From: an uncultured Chloroflexota bacterium
GTDB taxonomy: Bacteria > Chloroflexota > Dehalococcoidia > Lucifugimonadales > GCA-002694895
DNA: 64,000 nucleotides
Reading direction: 5' to 3'
Assembly: GCA_913045935.1 (NCBI GenBank)
Contig: CAJWSY010000002.1
Span: 19,181-83,180, forward strand
Under the pieces are notes generated by a model. The model saw nothing but the letters and a program-made list of their open reading frames with translations. It ran no database searches and was not told the origin of the DNA. The position numbers were made by a program, and so were the translations under genes. Positions 1 to 10,270 of this stretch are shown here, piece after piece (position 1 is the stretch's first letter; each line of letters opens with the position of its first letter).

Positions 1-353
1 ATGATTCCCAATGATTCATTTATAAGAGTGACTCCTAATATTGGAGTTAATAAATTTCCTAAACCTCTAGATAATGGGTAAACTTTTGAAAAATCTTCGT
101 TGCTATACATCAAAATTAAAAAATAGAAATAGAAATAATGAATTATTCCAGATGTGATCATGTAAACCCAAGCTCTTGATGAAATAGGTTCGAAGAAATA
201 TATACAAATTGGAAGTAAATAAATTAGATTTAAAAATCTGGTACCAGCAAATAATCTGTTTGGATATTGTGCAATTTTATATCTTGAATTCCAAATCATA
301 TGGATAATTCCTGATACTACAACTAAAAGTAAGGCTGTGATATTTTGATACAT
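1..353 (-). CDS. EamA/DMT-family transporter, 3' end outside the window (not in ORF track)
   Basis: Manual translation from ATG at 353 is open to the window edge: MYQNITALLLVVVSGIIHMIWN...EDFSKVYPLSRGLG. These match the typical 'lHaxWN' and 'DlSxvYPlaRG' motifs of this DMT subgroup. Confidence 0.8.
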   Translation of the reverse strand, partial: MYQNITALLLVVVSGIIHMIWNSRYKIAQYPNRLFAGTRFLNLIYLLPICIYFFEPISSRAWVYMITSGIIHYFYFYFLILMYSNEDFSKVYPLSRGLGNLLTPILGVTLINESLGI

Positions 354-454
354 TTTTTAATTATAAATTACTTTGACAAACATTTAATTTATTTAAATAT
401 ATAATTTCTTACTAATGATAAAATATATTTATTTTAGAAAGTACTTGTTTATAA

Positions 455-1753
455 ATGGCTAATCAAAAATCATTGTTTGATAATAATATTCCGCCTCTAC
501 CTGAACGAATGAGACCATCTTCTATTGAAGATTATATTGGTCAATCACATTTGACGGAAGAAAAGAAAATTCTCAGTTCATTTATTGATGGAGAAAAATT
601 ATTTTCTATTATCTTGTGGGGACCTCCTGGATCTGGTAAAACTACTCTTGCCAGAATTTTGATAAATCATTCTGGATATGAATTATTTCAACTTTCAGCA
701 ATTTCAAGTGGAATAAAAGATTTAAGAGAAGTAATAGACAAATCAAATATTAATAAAAGCATGGGTAAAAATTCAGTATTGTTTATTGATGAGATTCACA
801 GATTTAATAAAACACAACAAGATTCTTTATTAAATGCTGTTGAAAATGGAACTGTAGTTTTAATTGGAGCAACTACTGAAAATCCGTCATTCGAAATTAT
901 TTCCCCTTTATTATCTCGTGCCAGAGTTTTAAGATTAAATTCATTAGATATTGAAGATATGAACATCATAATAGACAAAGCATTAAATTATGATATTGTC
1001 TTATCAAAAGAATCTTACATTTTATCTGAAGAATCTAGAAAATTCTTGATTACTCAATCTGGAGGCGATGCAAGAAAATTATTAAATACCTTAGAAATCG
1101 CAACAATGTTGATGAAAAATACAAAAGAAATTTCGACTGATGTACTGAAAGAATCTATGCAAAATAAAAGTTTACTTTATGATAAAGATGGTGATTATCA
1201 TTATGATACAGTTAGCGCATTTATAAAATCTTTGAGAGGCAGTGACCCCGATGCTTCCATTTATTGGTTAACAGTTATGATTGAAGGTGGAGAAAAACTA
1301 GAATTTATTTCTAGAAGGTTAATTATTTTTGCTTCTGAAGATATAGGCAATGCAGAGCCAAATGCCTTAAGTATAGCTGTGTCTGGGTTTAATGCTGTAA
1401 ATATAGTTGGATATCCTGAAGCGTCTATTATTCTAGCTCAAGTGACAACATATTTAGCCTCTGCTCCAAAATCAAATTCATCTTACATGGCTTTAAACAA
1501 GGCAAAAGAAAATATTAATAATAATGAAATGCCTGTTGTTCCTCTACATTTAAGAAATGCTCCTACGAATTTGATGAAAAACGAAGGTTATTCGAAAAAT
1601 TATAAATATCCGCATGACTATGATAATAATTTTATAGCAGATAATTATTTTCCAGGACATTCTATGGAATTATTTTACAAACCATCTAATAATGGATATG
1701 AAAAATTTATAAAAGATAGGCTTAAATTTTTATGGAAAGAAAGATATGAATAA
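455..1753 (+). CDS. rarA: Replication-associated recombination protein A (RarA/MgsA AAA+ ATPase)
   Basis: PLPERMRP, Walker A GPPGSGKTT, FIDEIHRFNK, GATTENPSF, SAFIKSLRGSD, ASEDIGNA, VPLHLRNAPT, YKYPHD. Confidence 0.97.
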   Translation: MANQKSLFDNNIPPLPERMRPSSIEDYIGQSHLTEEKKILSSFIDGEKLFSIILWGPPGSGKTTLARILINHSGYELFQLSAISSGIKDLREVIDKSNINKSMGKNSVLFIDEIHRFNKTQQDSLLNAVENGTVVLIGATTENPSFEIISPLLSRARVLRLNSLDIEDMNIIIDKALNYDIVLSKESYILSEESRKFLITQSGGDARKLLNTLEIATMLMKNTKEISTDVLKESMQNKSLLYDKDGDYHYDTVSAFIKSLRGSDPDASIYWLTVMIEGGEKLEFISRRLIIFASEDIGNAEPNALSIAVSGFNAVNIVGYPEASIILAQVTTYLASAPKSNSSYMALNKAKENINNNEMPVVPLHLRNAPTNLMKNEGYSKNYKYPHDYDNNFIADNYFPGHSMELFYKPSNNGYEKFIKDRLKFLWKERYE

Positions 1754-2495
1754 AAATTTTAAAAATATAAAAATCTTAACATTTGATATATTCGGCACTT
1801 TGCTGAATTTAAAAGATAGTATGATTCCTTATTTAGAGTCAAATTTGCAAATTTCTGATTCGGAAACTCTTGTAACAGATATTTGGAATACATGGAGAGA
1901 TAGGCAAAGGATTGAACAGTATCAAGATAATATATTAATGCTTGGGCATAGTGGATACTTGAAAACTTGTGAAATAGCACTTAAGTATACTTTAGAAAAA
2001 CATAAAATCTCGTATACCCAAGAAATAGTAGATAGAATAATGGACGGGTGGAATTATTTAAAACCTTTTGATGACGTCAATAAAAACCTTATTGAGTTGA
2101 AAAAAAAATTTAAAATGGTCGCATTATCCAATGGAGAGCAATATTATTTAGAACATTTAGCTAAAAATCAATTGAAATTTGATTTTGATTCTATAATTTC
2201 AGTTCAACAGGCTGGTCAATTTAAACCAAGCCCTGCTGTATATAGAAAAGCTTCAAAATTATTAAAAACTAGTTCTGAAAATATTATGATGGTAGCGTCA
2301 CATTCATTTGACGTTATTGGAGCAAAAGCATGTGGATATCAATCATCCTATATCGATAGATATGACTTACCTTTAGAAGATTTGGGATACGATGTTGACA
2401 TTCATGTACAAAACTTTGATCAATTTAAAGAATATATTTTAAATTCTAAAATTTCTGATATCACTAACAAAAATACTGAAAAAATTATAGAATAA
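1746..2495 (+). CDS. Haloacid dehalogenase type II (L-2-haloacid dehalogenase-like)
   Basis: FDIFGTL nucleophile motif, WRxxQ, LSNG, FKPSPAVY, ASHSFDVIGA. Confidence 0.85.
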   Translation: MNKNFKNIKILTFDIFGTLLNLKDSMIPYLESNLQISDSETLVTDIWNTWRDRQRIEQYQDNILMLGHSGYLKTCEIALKYTLEKHKISYTQEIVDRIMDGWNYLKPFDDVNKNLIELKKKFKMVALSNGEQYYLEHLAKNQLKFDFDSIISVQQAGQFKPSPAVYRKASKLLKTSSENIMMVASHSFDVIGAKACGYQSSYIDRYDLPLEDLGYDVDIHVQNFDQFKEYILNSKISDITNKNTEKIIE

Positions 2496-2522
2496 TATTT
2501 TAATAATCATAGTAGGACGTAT

Positions 2523-3596
2523 ATGAAAGTATTGGTAATTGGTGGAACAAGATACATGGGGAAAATTTTAGTACAAACCTTGTTAGATGAAGGAAACGAT
2601 GTATCTGTATTGTCTAGAGGAAATGAAAAACCTTCATGGTGGAGTAATATTAATCATATTAAAGCTGATCGAAATAATGAAAATGAACTTAAAAAAGCTT
2701 TGCAAAACTTTTCATTTGATTGGGTTTTTGATTTTCAAGCTTATCGGAAAGAACATGTAGAATCTTTTGGAAATATAATGAATGGTAGAGTAGGTAAGTA
2801 TTTATTTGTTAGTACAGGATCTGTCTACAGTAAATGGGATTATGGACCATCTGATGAAGCTTTATTAGACTTTGAGCTCAATGTCCCATTTAGTGAAGAT
2901 CAAGTTGATTGGTCTGATTTAAGTTATGAATATGATCCAAATGAATTAGAATATGGTGCGCGAAAGAGACATTGTGAAAAATGGATAATTGAAAACTTTA
3001 ATATCCCATATACAATAATAAGAATACCTGCAATTATGGGTGAAGATGATCCAACGGGAAGAATTTGGTGGTGGATACAAAGAATTAAAGACGGTAAAGG
3101 AATAATTGTTCCTGAAAATTTGAACAATCCGTTTAGAACATTATATTCAGGAGATGCAGCTCAAGCTTTCTATGATTCAATTAAGTCAGAAAAAACAACA
3201 AATAAAATATATCACGTTGCTTCTCATGAAATTTTTACTCCGAAAAGTTGGATTAGGATATTAAATAATTTAATGGGAATTGATGCCCATATGTATTTGG
3301 TACCTGATGTGATAACTGATAAATTTTTGAATGATTCAGAAAAAAATGAACAAAAATATTCTCCTCCTTTATTAAGAAATTATCCTTACGTTCATAATTT
3401 AAACAAATCAGATAATGATTTTGGGTTTACTACTACTGATCCCAAATTATGGCTTTCAAAAACCATTGAATATTATATGTCTTTGAATCAAATTGAAAAC
3501 TCAAATGGTTACAATAATAGAGAAAGAGAAATTGAAGTTGGTTTGAATTGGGAAAATACAATTCATAATTCAATTGAAAATTTTAATATAGATTAA
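2523..3596 (+). CDS. NAD-dependent epimerase/dehydratase family protein
   Basis: N-terminal VLVIGGTRYMG Rossmann motif, FVSTGSVY, YxxxK (YGARK). Confidence 0.85.
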   Translation: MKVLVIGGTRYMGKILVQTLLDEGNDVSVLSRGNEKPSWWSNINHIKADRNNENELKKALQNFSFDWVFDFQAYRKEHVESFGNIMNGRVGKYLFVSTGSVYSKWDYGPSDEALLDFELNVPFSEDQVDWSDLSYEYDPNELEYGARKRHCEKWIIENFNIPYTIIRIPAIMGEDDPTGRIWWWIQRIKDGKGIIVPENLNNPFRTLYSGDAAQAFYDSIKSEKTTNKIYHVASHEIFTPKSWIRILNNLMGIDAHMYLVPDVITDKFLNDSEKNEQKYSPPLLRNYPYVHNLNKSDNDFGFTTTDPKLWLSKTIEYYMSLNQIENSNGYNNREREIEVGLNWENTIHNSIENFNID

Positions 3597-4420
3597 TAAG
3601 TTATTCCTGCAAGCAATATCGCAGCGTACATACACTTCCAAGCTTCTATATAATCTTTTGATTCGAATGATATAAGCTGTCTTGATTCTCTTTTGGTGCC
3701 AGGTATCATTGAAACTACGTCAGCCATTAAATCACTTGAAAATTCCACACCCATTTTGATTATGCCTTGATATGTAATAGGGCTGAATTCATCTTTTTTT
3801 CTTACTGTTTCTGCTGCATTAGTTTTAATTAAATTAAAAGCTTCATTTCCTGATAAATTTTTTGCTGAAAATTTGTTTATTGTTTCTTTTACTGATGATC
3901 CGATAATATTAGGGATCATATTTTTTGCATCTTCTACGATATCTGTATCACCAGAGATCATTCCTATAGGAACATTATAGTAACCTGCTATCCCTGCATT
4001 AATTTCAAATTCAGAAGAGGGGTTTTCATTTATATAATAGTTTTGAACTACATTTGAACCTCTTATAGTATGGCTAAGCACTCCTTTTTCACCTGGTCTT
4101 GAATGATAACCTATACACATTGATATATCTGGTTGTTCTTCAACACCTTGCATCATTCCTAATGGCTTAGGAGATCCACTTATTAATTCAGCTCTTTGAT
4201 CGAGCATGTATGGTAATAAATTTCTCATTGATCCGTGGCTATCATTTACAACTACTGATGTTGCTCCTGCGTCAAAACTGCCTTCTATTGCAGCATTAGC
4301 CTCTAAAGTCATTGCTTTTCTCATCATTTCATAATCATGTCCAGATTGTGATGCTTGATCCGTATGCACTACACCAGATACTCCCTCCATATCTATCGAA
4401 ATATGTACATTTACACTCAT
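3593..4420 (-). CDS. M55 family D-aminopeptidase (DppA-like)
   Basis: ISIDMEGVSG, VNDSHGSMRNL, GYHS..GVLSHT, SGD; SD GGAG upstream. Confidence 0.93.
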   Translation of the reverse strand: MSVNVHISIDMEGVSGVVHTDQASQSGHDYEMMRKAMTLEANAAIEGSFDAGATSVVVNDSHGSMRNLLPYMLDQRAELISGSPKPLGMMQGVEEQPDISMCIGYHSRPGEKGVLSHTIRGSNVVQNYYINENPSSEFEINAGIAGYYNVPIGMISGDTDIVEDAKNMIPNIIGSSVKETINKFSAKNLSGNEAFNLIKTNAAETVRKKDEFSPITYQGIIKMGVEFSSDLMADVVSMIPGTKRESRQLISFESKDYIEAWKCMYAAILLAGITY

Positions 4421-4433
4421 TTGTTCTCCTTAA

Positions 4434-5201
4434 TTAAATTGTTGAATTTCTGGCAATAATTAATTTCATATTATTTTCTGAATTAGTATTAGAAATTTTA
4501 TGATTTAAACTTTTTTGTATATATATAAAATCACCGGATTTAATATTTTGATGTGAATCAAGGTTGTCATTTGAAATAAACAATCCCTCTCCTTCGGCAA
4601 CATATATTCCTGTTTCATGTTCTGAATGTTTTTGCGTAAGGATGGTTTCGCTTTCATTTATGTTAAGTTCAGTCAATGATATATTTTTAATTTCTGAGGT
4701 TTGTTTCGAAACCCCGTGTTTAACTGATCCGTAATTCGTGATTGAATTATTTAATTCATCAGAATTTATTACAGAGCAATTTGTTGGATTAGGAATTTGA
4801 TTTAAATCATTCTCATTTGATATTTCTTGAACAATTTCCGTTGGCTGGTTTCGAGAAACCATTAGAATTAAAGAATTCTTGTTACTAGTATTAACGGGTT
4901 TGTGAGGTGCGTTTGGAGGAACATATATAAAGTCGCCTGTTTTAATCGTATTATGCTTATCAAGCTTTTCACCGGCAATAAATATACCCTCTCCAGAAAG
5001 AACAAAGATTGCACTTTCACAATTTATATGAAAATGCGCAGAGGAGGACTTACCAGGAGGAATTGTGGCAATTGCTAAATGTATATTTTGAGAATTGCAT
5101 GTCTCTTTTGATACCCCTGCAATTCTTGTCATATCACCAGATGAGATTTCTGTAAAACGTTCTTCAGGTTTTATGACTGATTTATTATTATTTTTACTCA
5201 T
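4434..5201 (-). CDS. Bicupin (two cupin domains); start reassigned to ATG 5201
   Basis: Duplicated GDFIY..P...H motifs and HFH...E in domain 1; GGAG upstream of MSKNNN. Confidence 0.8.
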   Translation of the reverse strand: MSKNNNKSVIKPEERFTEISSGDMTRIAGVSKETCNSQNIHLAIATIPPGKSSSAHFHINCESAIFVLSGEGIFIAGEKLDKHNTIKTGDFIYVPPNAPHKPVNTSNKNSLILMVSRNQPTEIVQEISNENDLNQIPNPTNCSVINSDELNNSITNYGSVKHGVSKQTSEIKNISLTELNINESETILTQKHSEHETGIYVAEGEGLFISNDNLDSHQNIKSGDFIYIQKSLNHKISNTNSENNMKLIIARNSTI

Positions 5202-5264
5202 TTGAAGTCTCCATGGCAATATTAACAAAAGATTGATTTTTTATAAATAAGTTATAAATAAAAA

Positions 5265-6653
5265 TTATTTTTCATTTTTTGATTTTAACGTAAGTAATAA
5301 TGTAATTATAGATAAAGCTACGGGAAGTATAAATGATTTGCTAATTGCTGATATATACGAACTTGATTCAAAGTTTATATTAGATACATCATTACTGAAT
5401 TCAGGTAATAGTAGCAATACAAAAGCTGTGGATAATGAAATTCCAATAATATTTCCCGAAGTTCTTATTAAAGTTAACAATGCATTCACCGAACCGAAAT
5501 CTTTTTCTTTTATGGAAGAAAAAATATAGCTTGTATTAGCAGATCCAAATATTCCCATTCCTAATCCCTGAAATGCGTAAGCTATCATCACAAATTCTTT
5601 ACTCAAATTATTAGCAAAGATAAATAATGATACCGAGATTAGCAAGCTTGTTGCTCCAATAACTCTCGGGTAATAACTTCCAATTTTGTCAGCGATTTTA
5701 CCTGCAAAAGGTCCAGATGAAGCCATCATCACTGGCCCTGGTAATATATACAACCCTGTTTGAGAAGAATTAAGCCCGTACCCATTTATTAGAAGAAAAG
5801 GAGTCAAAAAGTATATAGGAGAATTAGAAATAAATGATGTAAATCTAACAAAACTTCCAAATTTAAAGCTTGTATTTTTAAAAAGATTTATTTGAATTAA
5901 TTTATTATTAGAGTTGTTATTATTTTCATATAATATAAAAATTATCAGACTTGAAATTGATACAGGAATACCAATTAAAATCCAATAAATATTCCATCCA
6001 GATGAAGAGTACATGGATATACTTACAATCAAGCTGGAAATGGTTATAATTGACAAGATTGATCCAATCATATCAAAATCAAATTTGTTATCTTGTTGTT
6101 TGTTTTTTATATTTATCATTGATGCAAAAATTATTGCTCCAATACTAAGAATAGTAACTAAATTAAATATCCCTCTCCAACCATAGTTGTCAATTATTGA
6201 TCCTCCTATGATAGGACCAGTAATAGAGCCAATACCTATTACTGACATGAATATTCCAAGTGCTTTCCCTCTATCTTTGGATTCAAATAATTGAATTATC
6301 ATGGCCATTCCATTTGACTGGATTGCGGCAGAGCCTATTCCTTGTATAGCCTTAAATAATATTAGCATTTGAAAAATTTCTGATTTTCCTGTTATAAAAA
6401 CTGCTATACCGAATATAAATAAACCTACAATATATATTTTTTTTCTTCCATATAAGTCAGCAATTTTTGCAGATGGAAGTAAAAATGAGCTGGTGACTAA
6501 AACAAAAGTTATTGGAATCCATTGAGTAAGTGAAAGTGATATTTTAAGATCATTACTTATAGTGGGTAGAGCAATATTTAGCATTGTATTGTCTACAACT
6601 TCAACAAATTGTCCAAATGCTATTCCAAAAAGTGATGGGAAAATATCAAGCAT
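5265..6653 (-). CDS. MFS transporter, DHA2/EmrB-like
   Basis: DNTMLNIALPTI, KIADLYGRKK, multiple TM helices. Confidence 0.9.
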   Translation of the reverse strand: MLDIFPSLFGIAFGQFVEVVDNTMLNIALPTISNDLKISLSLTQWIPITFVLVTSSFLLPSAKIADLYGRKKIYIVGLFIFGIAVFITGKSEIFQMLILFKAIQGIGSAAIQSNGMAMIIQLFESKDRGKALGIFMSVIGIGSITGPIIGGSIIDNYGWRGIFNLVTILSIGAIIFASMINIKNKQQDNKFDFDMIGSILSIITISSLIVSISMYSSSGWNIYWILIGIPVSISSLIIFILYENNNNSNNKLIQINLFKNTSFKFGSFVRFTSFISNSPIYFLTPFLLINGYGLNSSQTGLYILPGPVMMASSGPFAGKIADKIGSYYPRVIGATSLLISVSLFIFANNLSKEFVMIAYAFQGLGMGIFGSANTSYIFSSIKEKDFGSVNALLTLIRTSGNIIGISLSTAFVLLLLPEFSNDVSNINFESSSYISAISKSFILPVALSIITLLLTLKSKNEK

Positions 6654-7353
6654 TGATTATTTCGGGATGTATTATTGTTTCTTTTAGTTTGTTCTTTTCT
6701 AAACTAATCAAGTATCCCTTGGATCCTTCTTTTGGAGAAACTAATTTATGGATTTTTTCATTAATATAATGTGCTGCCACGTAATCGTCTAGAGCTATTC
6801 CTGAAGGAAGTGTTTTAGATTTGATAAGGCTTTCATAAGTTGGCCTCCGATTTATTTCACCATCAAAATGAGGACATGCACTACCCTTAATAAAATTAAG
6901 TCCAGATAATAATTCTTTTAGAGGGCCAAATGAGTCCGTGACGCTGTTTTCAAACCAACATATCATCCCGGCACTTGCACCAGTTAGTACAATCCCGTTC
7001 TTCCATGCTTTTTGTAAAATTATATCTACTCCATGATTTTTCCATATAGAAAGCATGTTTAAAGTATTGCCCCCTGATACCTCTATAATATCTTGTCCTA
7101 ATAGATATTCTTCTATATCCCTGTCATCTCTGTTAAATAATGGCAAATGACTTGGTTCAGCGATATTATTATTAAAAGCTCTGTAAAATCTTTCGATAGC
7201 AAATGCTGAATCTCCAACTGCAGTTGGAAGAAAAGCAATTTTAGGTTTTGCTTTACCAGATGCTTTTATTTTATATTTATCTAAGGCTTGATTAAGTTTG
7301 TCAGTCCCTATTCCTCCTCCGCCTAAAGCAATAATTTGTCTTTTTTTATTCAT
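6646..7353 (-). CDS. Peptidase E / S51 family
   Basis: FLPTA.GD, VSGGNT, GASAGM, CPHFDGE. Confidence 0.9.
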   Translation of the reverse strand: MNKKRQIIALGGGGIGTDKLNQALDKYKIKASGKAKPKIAFLPTAVGDSAFAIERFYRAFNNNIAEPSHLPLFNRDDRDIEEYLLGQDIIEVSGGNTLNMLSIWKNHGVDIILQKAWKNGIVLTGASAGMICWFENSVTDSFGPLKELLSGLNFIKGSACPHFDGEINRRPTYESLIKSKTLPSGIALDDYVAAHYINEKIHKLVSPKEGSKGYLISLEKNKLKETIIHPEIINA

Positions 7354-7364
7354 ATAATTTGCCT

Positions 7365-7556
7365 TTATCTTTTTGGTTCTCTTGTCCAGAATTCACAATT
7401 ATTATTTTCGCAAATTAACCACTTGAAATTTTCATTGTCCGAAATATTTTCTGTGATTCTATCTTTTATACTTTCATATTCAATTTCAATTAAATTACTT
7501 TCTTTGCTTAAATTACAAATAGGGCATTTATTTGATTGATCTGTATTATTGTTCAT
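7365..7556 (-). CDS. Small hypothetical protein, possible Zn-binding (CPIC...CENNNC)
   Basis: 63 aa ORF co-directional and tightly packed with the downstream gene; four Cys. Confidence 0.55.
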   Translation of the reverse strand: MNNNTDQSNKCPICNLSKESNLIEIEYESIKDRITENISDNENFKWLICENNNCEFWTREPKR

Positions 7557-7636
7557 TCAAATTAAATTAACAGAACATGAATAATAAATCAATTTAATGC
7601 TTGTATTTAAATTAAAATTCATGCAACATATTTTTA

Positions 7637-7721
7637 TTAATGGGGAGCACAAGCTGAGAGGATGTCATACATCGACCCAAAAAACTGATCTGGATAATGC
7701 CAGCGTAGGCTCTTCCATTAA
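7637..7721 (+). ncRNA. TPP (thi-box) riboswitch
   Basis: GGGGAGC..GCTGAGAG..GACCC..CTGATCTGGATAATGCCAGCGTAGG conserved core, closed by TTAATGG/CCATTAA P1, directly upstream of an SSS transporter. Confidence 0.92.
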
Positions 7722-7743
7722 ATTTTAATTTAGTGGTGAATTT

Positions 7744-9153
7744 GTGGAAATATTTACATACCTTATTATAGTTTTTGTATCTTTAATATTTTTTGTTTTA
7801 GTTTATAAAAATTTTAGCAATTCAAAAATTTCATTTGAAAATTATATAATTGACCGAAATAATTTAAATTCATTTAACTCGTTCAGCACCTTAACCTCTT
7901 CGGTTTTAGGTGCATGGATATTGTTTAGCCCAGCTGAAGCTGGTACATGGTCAGGAATTAATGGGATTTTTGGTTATGCTATTGGGCAAGCTTTACCATT
8001 TATAGCCTTTGTTTTTATAGGTCCTAAATTAAGACATTTAATGCCAAATGGTTTTTCAGTTACTGAATTTGTAAATATTCGTTATGGCAATTTTGCTAAT
8101 ATTATCGTGGCTTTAATTTCGATGTTTTATATGATTGTTTTTTTATGTGCTGAACTTACAGGAATTTCTTCAGCTGCAGGATTAATAAGCAAAATACCTG
8201 CATGGTTTACAGCTTTGGTAATAGGGTTAAGTGTTGCAACATATGTTTCTTTTGCAGGTATAAGAGCTTCTATTCTTACAGATAAATATCAATTTAGACT
8301 TATACTACCTCTTGTTTTGTTTTCAGTCATAATGGTATTTGTAGATGTAGACATTACAAATGCATTTAATAATATTGATGACTCTCTAATATCAATATCA
8401 AATTTTACTGGAGCTAAATTTGGATTTACTTTAATTATTGCTGTTTTTGCTGCTAATATGTTTCATCAAGGATTATGGCAGAGAATTTATAGCGTGAAAA
8501 ATACAAAATCGCTAATTAAATCTTTTTCAGCTACAGCAATTACTGTTATACCTATTGTATTTCTTTTTGGATTTATTGGAATACTATCAGTTGGAAGTGA
8601 AACTGCCAACAACCCATCTGTAGCTTTATTTACAACTATATTAAGATATTCCTCTGATTGGACTATAATTTTATTTTTGGTGTTGGCTATTTTATTGGTA
8701 AGTAGCAGCCTTGATACTCTGTTTAATTCTGTATCAAGTATTGTTGGAACTGATTTGTTAAAAATAATTCCTAACAACGAAAACTATATCAATAATGCTA
8801 TGAAAGTAACACCTTATTTGTGTTTGATACCAGCAATATTTATTGTTATTCAAGGTTACAGCGTACTTTATCTTTTTCTTATAGCTGACATGGTATGTGC
8901 TGCGATATTATTTCCGGTATTTTTCGGGCTTTATACCAAAAATTTCAATGGCAATGAATCAGTTATTTCTATGATTGTAGGTCTTTGTGTTGGTAGTCTC
9001 TTATTTGCAAAACCTGATATGTCTCCTTTAATCAGTTCATTACCTTACTCTGGAGATTTATTCGTTTCATTTTATTTGGCTTTTATTTCCTCAACACTGA
9101 CATCTTTGAGCTTCTATGTAAAAAATAAATATTTAACTTTGCCGTTAAAATAA
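7744..9153 (+). CDS. Sodium:solute symporter, probable thiamin/thiamin-precursor transporter (ThiV-like)
   Basis: About 13 TM segments, GIRASILTD, QGLWQRIY, SSSLDT motifs; TPP riboswitch upstream. Confidence 0.85.
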   Translation: MEIFTYLIIVFVSLIFFVLVYKNFSNSKISFENYIIDRNNLNSFNSFSTLTSSVLGAWILFSPAEAGTWSGINGIFGYAIGQALPFIAFVFIGPKLRHLMPNGFSVTEFVNIRYGNFANIIVALISMFYMIVFLCAELTGISSAAGLISKIPAWFTALVIGLSVATYVSFAGIRASILTDKYQFRLILPLVLFSVIMVFVDVDITNAFNNIDDSLISISNFTGAKFGFTLIIAVFAANMFHQGLWQRIYSVKNTKSLIKSFSATAITVIPIVFLFGFIGILSVGSETANNPSVALFTTILRYSSDWTIILFLVLAILLVSSSLDTLFNSVSSIVGTDLLKIIPNNENYINNAMKVTPYLCLIPAIFIVIQGYSVLYLFLIADMVCAAILFPVFFGLYTKNFNGNESVISMIVGLCVGSLLFAKPDMSPLISSLPYSGDLFVSFYLAFISSTLTSLSFYVKNKYLTLPLK

Positions 9154-9238
9154 TTACAAGTATAAGTATTTAATATAAATTATTACTTTATCAGAAATAT
9201 AAATTATTTTATTATAGAAGTGATGGAGAACATGAACT

Positions 9239-10270
9239 ATGGATAAATCAATCAGAAAAAAAATAGGAACACATTATACGCATCTTGATACTCCAAGTTT
9301 GATTCTTGATATTGATGCTTTTAAATACAATTTAGATATAGTCAATTTCAAATTAAATGCTGCTGACTTAGGAGTTAGAATTGACGTTAACTCTCACTTA
9401 TCTAAAGATATTCTAAATCTTCAGCTAAACGGATTTTCCAATGCTCTTGGTATTTCAGCATCCAATGTTGGTCAAGGTTCAATTTTTTCTCATTTGAGTG
9501 ATGATATATTAATTGATAGACCTATTTTGTCTGATGAAAAATTGAATTCACTTGTAGATATAAACGGTAAATGTACATTTAATTCATTAGTCCAATTACA
9601 ATCGATTGAATATGATAAATTATCAGGTATTTATTTAAAAATTATAGTTGATCAAATTAACGAATTTGACGAAAATATTTTAACTTTTATTACACAGAAT
9701 AAAATTAAAATTACCGGAATAATTTTTCAGTACAATGATTATGACATTTCTAAACAAAGCACTGTAAGTGAGTTTGTAAAACTTCATCCTAGTATTTCAA
9801 AAATGACCAATAATTTTATTGCCTCAGGTAAAATAATGATTTCTGAATATGATAATTTAGATTCTAATTTTACAGAAGTTATAATATCTAAATTACCTTT
9901 GATCGATAATGAAATTATTGATCATAACCAAATAGAATTACAAGAATCAATCAAAGTTATCACTTCTGTTTTAAGTATCCCTGATGATGATCGAATAATA
10001 TTAGATACCGGTCAAAAAGCTATTAATATTGATTATGGATTTCCAACAATTAAAGAAATTCAATCTGCTGAAGTTCAATATTTAAGCGCCGAACATACAA
10101 ACTTGTTTGTAGAAAAAAATGAATTGAAACAATTTAATTTACAAGACAAAATTCAAATTATTCCAAAAGAAATCTCATCTGTAATTAATCAATTCGATTC
10201 TATATCCGTTATTAAAAATGAAAAATTATTATCTGTATTTGAAGTTTCAGCTAGAGGAGTTTACAAATGA
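9239..10270 (+). CDS. Degenerate DSD1/D-threonine aldolase-like fold-type III protein lacking the PLP lysine
   Basis: LDTPSLILD start and LDTGQKA...LSAEH...ARG C-terminal domain are present, but the RPHxK site reads RIDVNSH. Confidence 0.75.
   Translation: MDKSIRKKIGTHYTHLDTPSLILDIDAFKYNLDIVNFKLNAADLGVRIDVNSHLSKDILNLQLNGFSNALGISASNVGQGSIFSHLSDDILIDRPILSDEKLNSLVDINGKCTFNSLVQLQSIEYDKLSGIYLKIIVDQINEFDENILTFITQNKIKITGIIFQYNDYDISKQSTVSEFVKLHPSISKMTNNFIASGKIMISEYDNLDSNFTEVIISKLPLIDNEIIDHNQIELQESIKVITSVLSIPDDDRIILDTGQKAINIDYGFPTIKEIQSAEVQYLSAEHTNLFVEKNELKQFNLQDKIQIIPKEISSVINQFDSISVIKNEKLLSVFEVSARGVYK

Noticed and set aside
361-454. Sigma70 promoter or LexA box upstream of rarA
   Set aside because: TTGACA at 373 has no well-spaced -10 (TATAAT is 21 bp away), and there is no convincing GAAC-N4-GTTC; not supportable in such AT-rich DNA.
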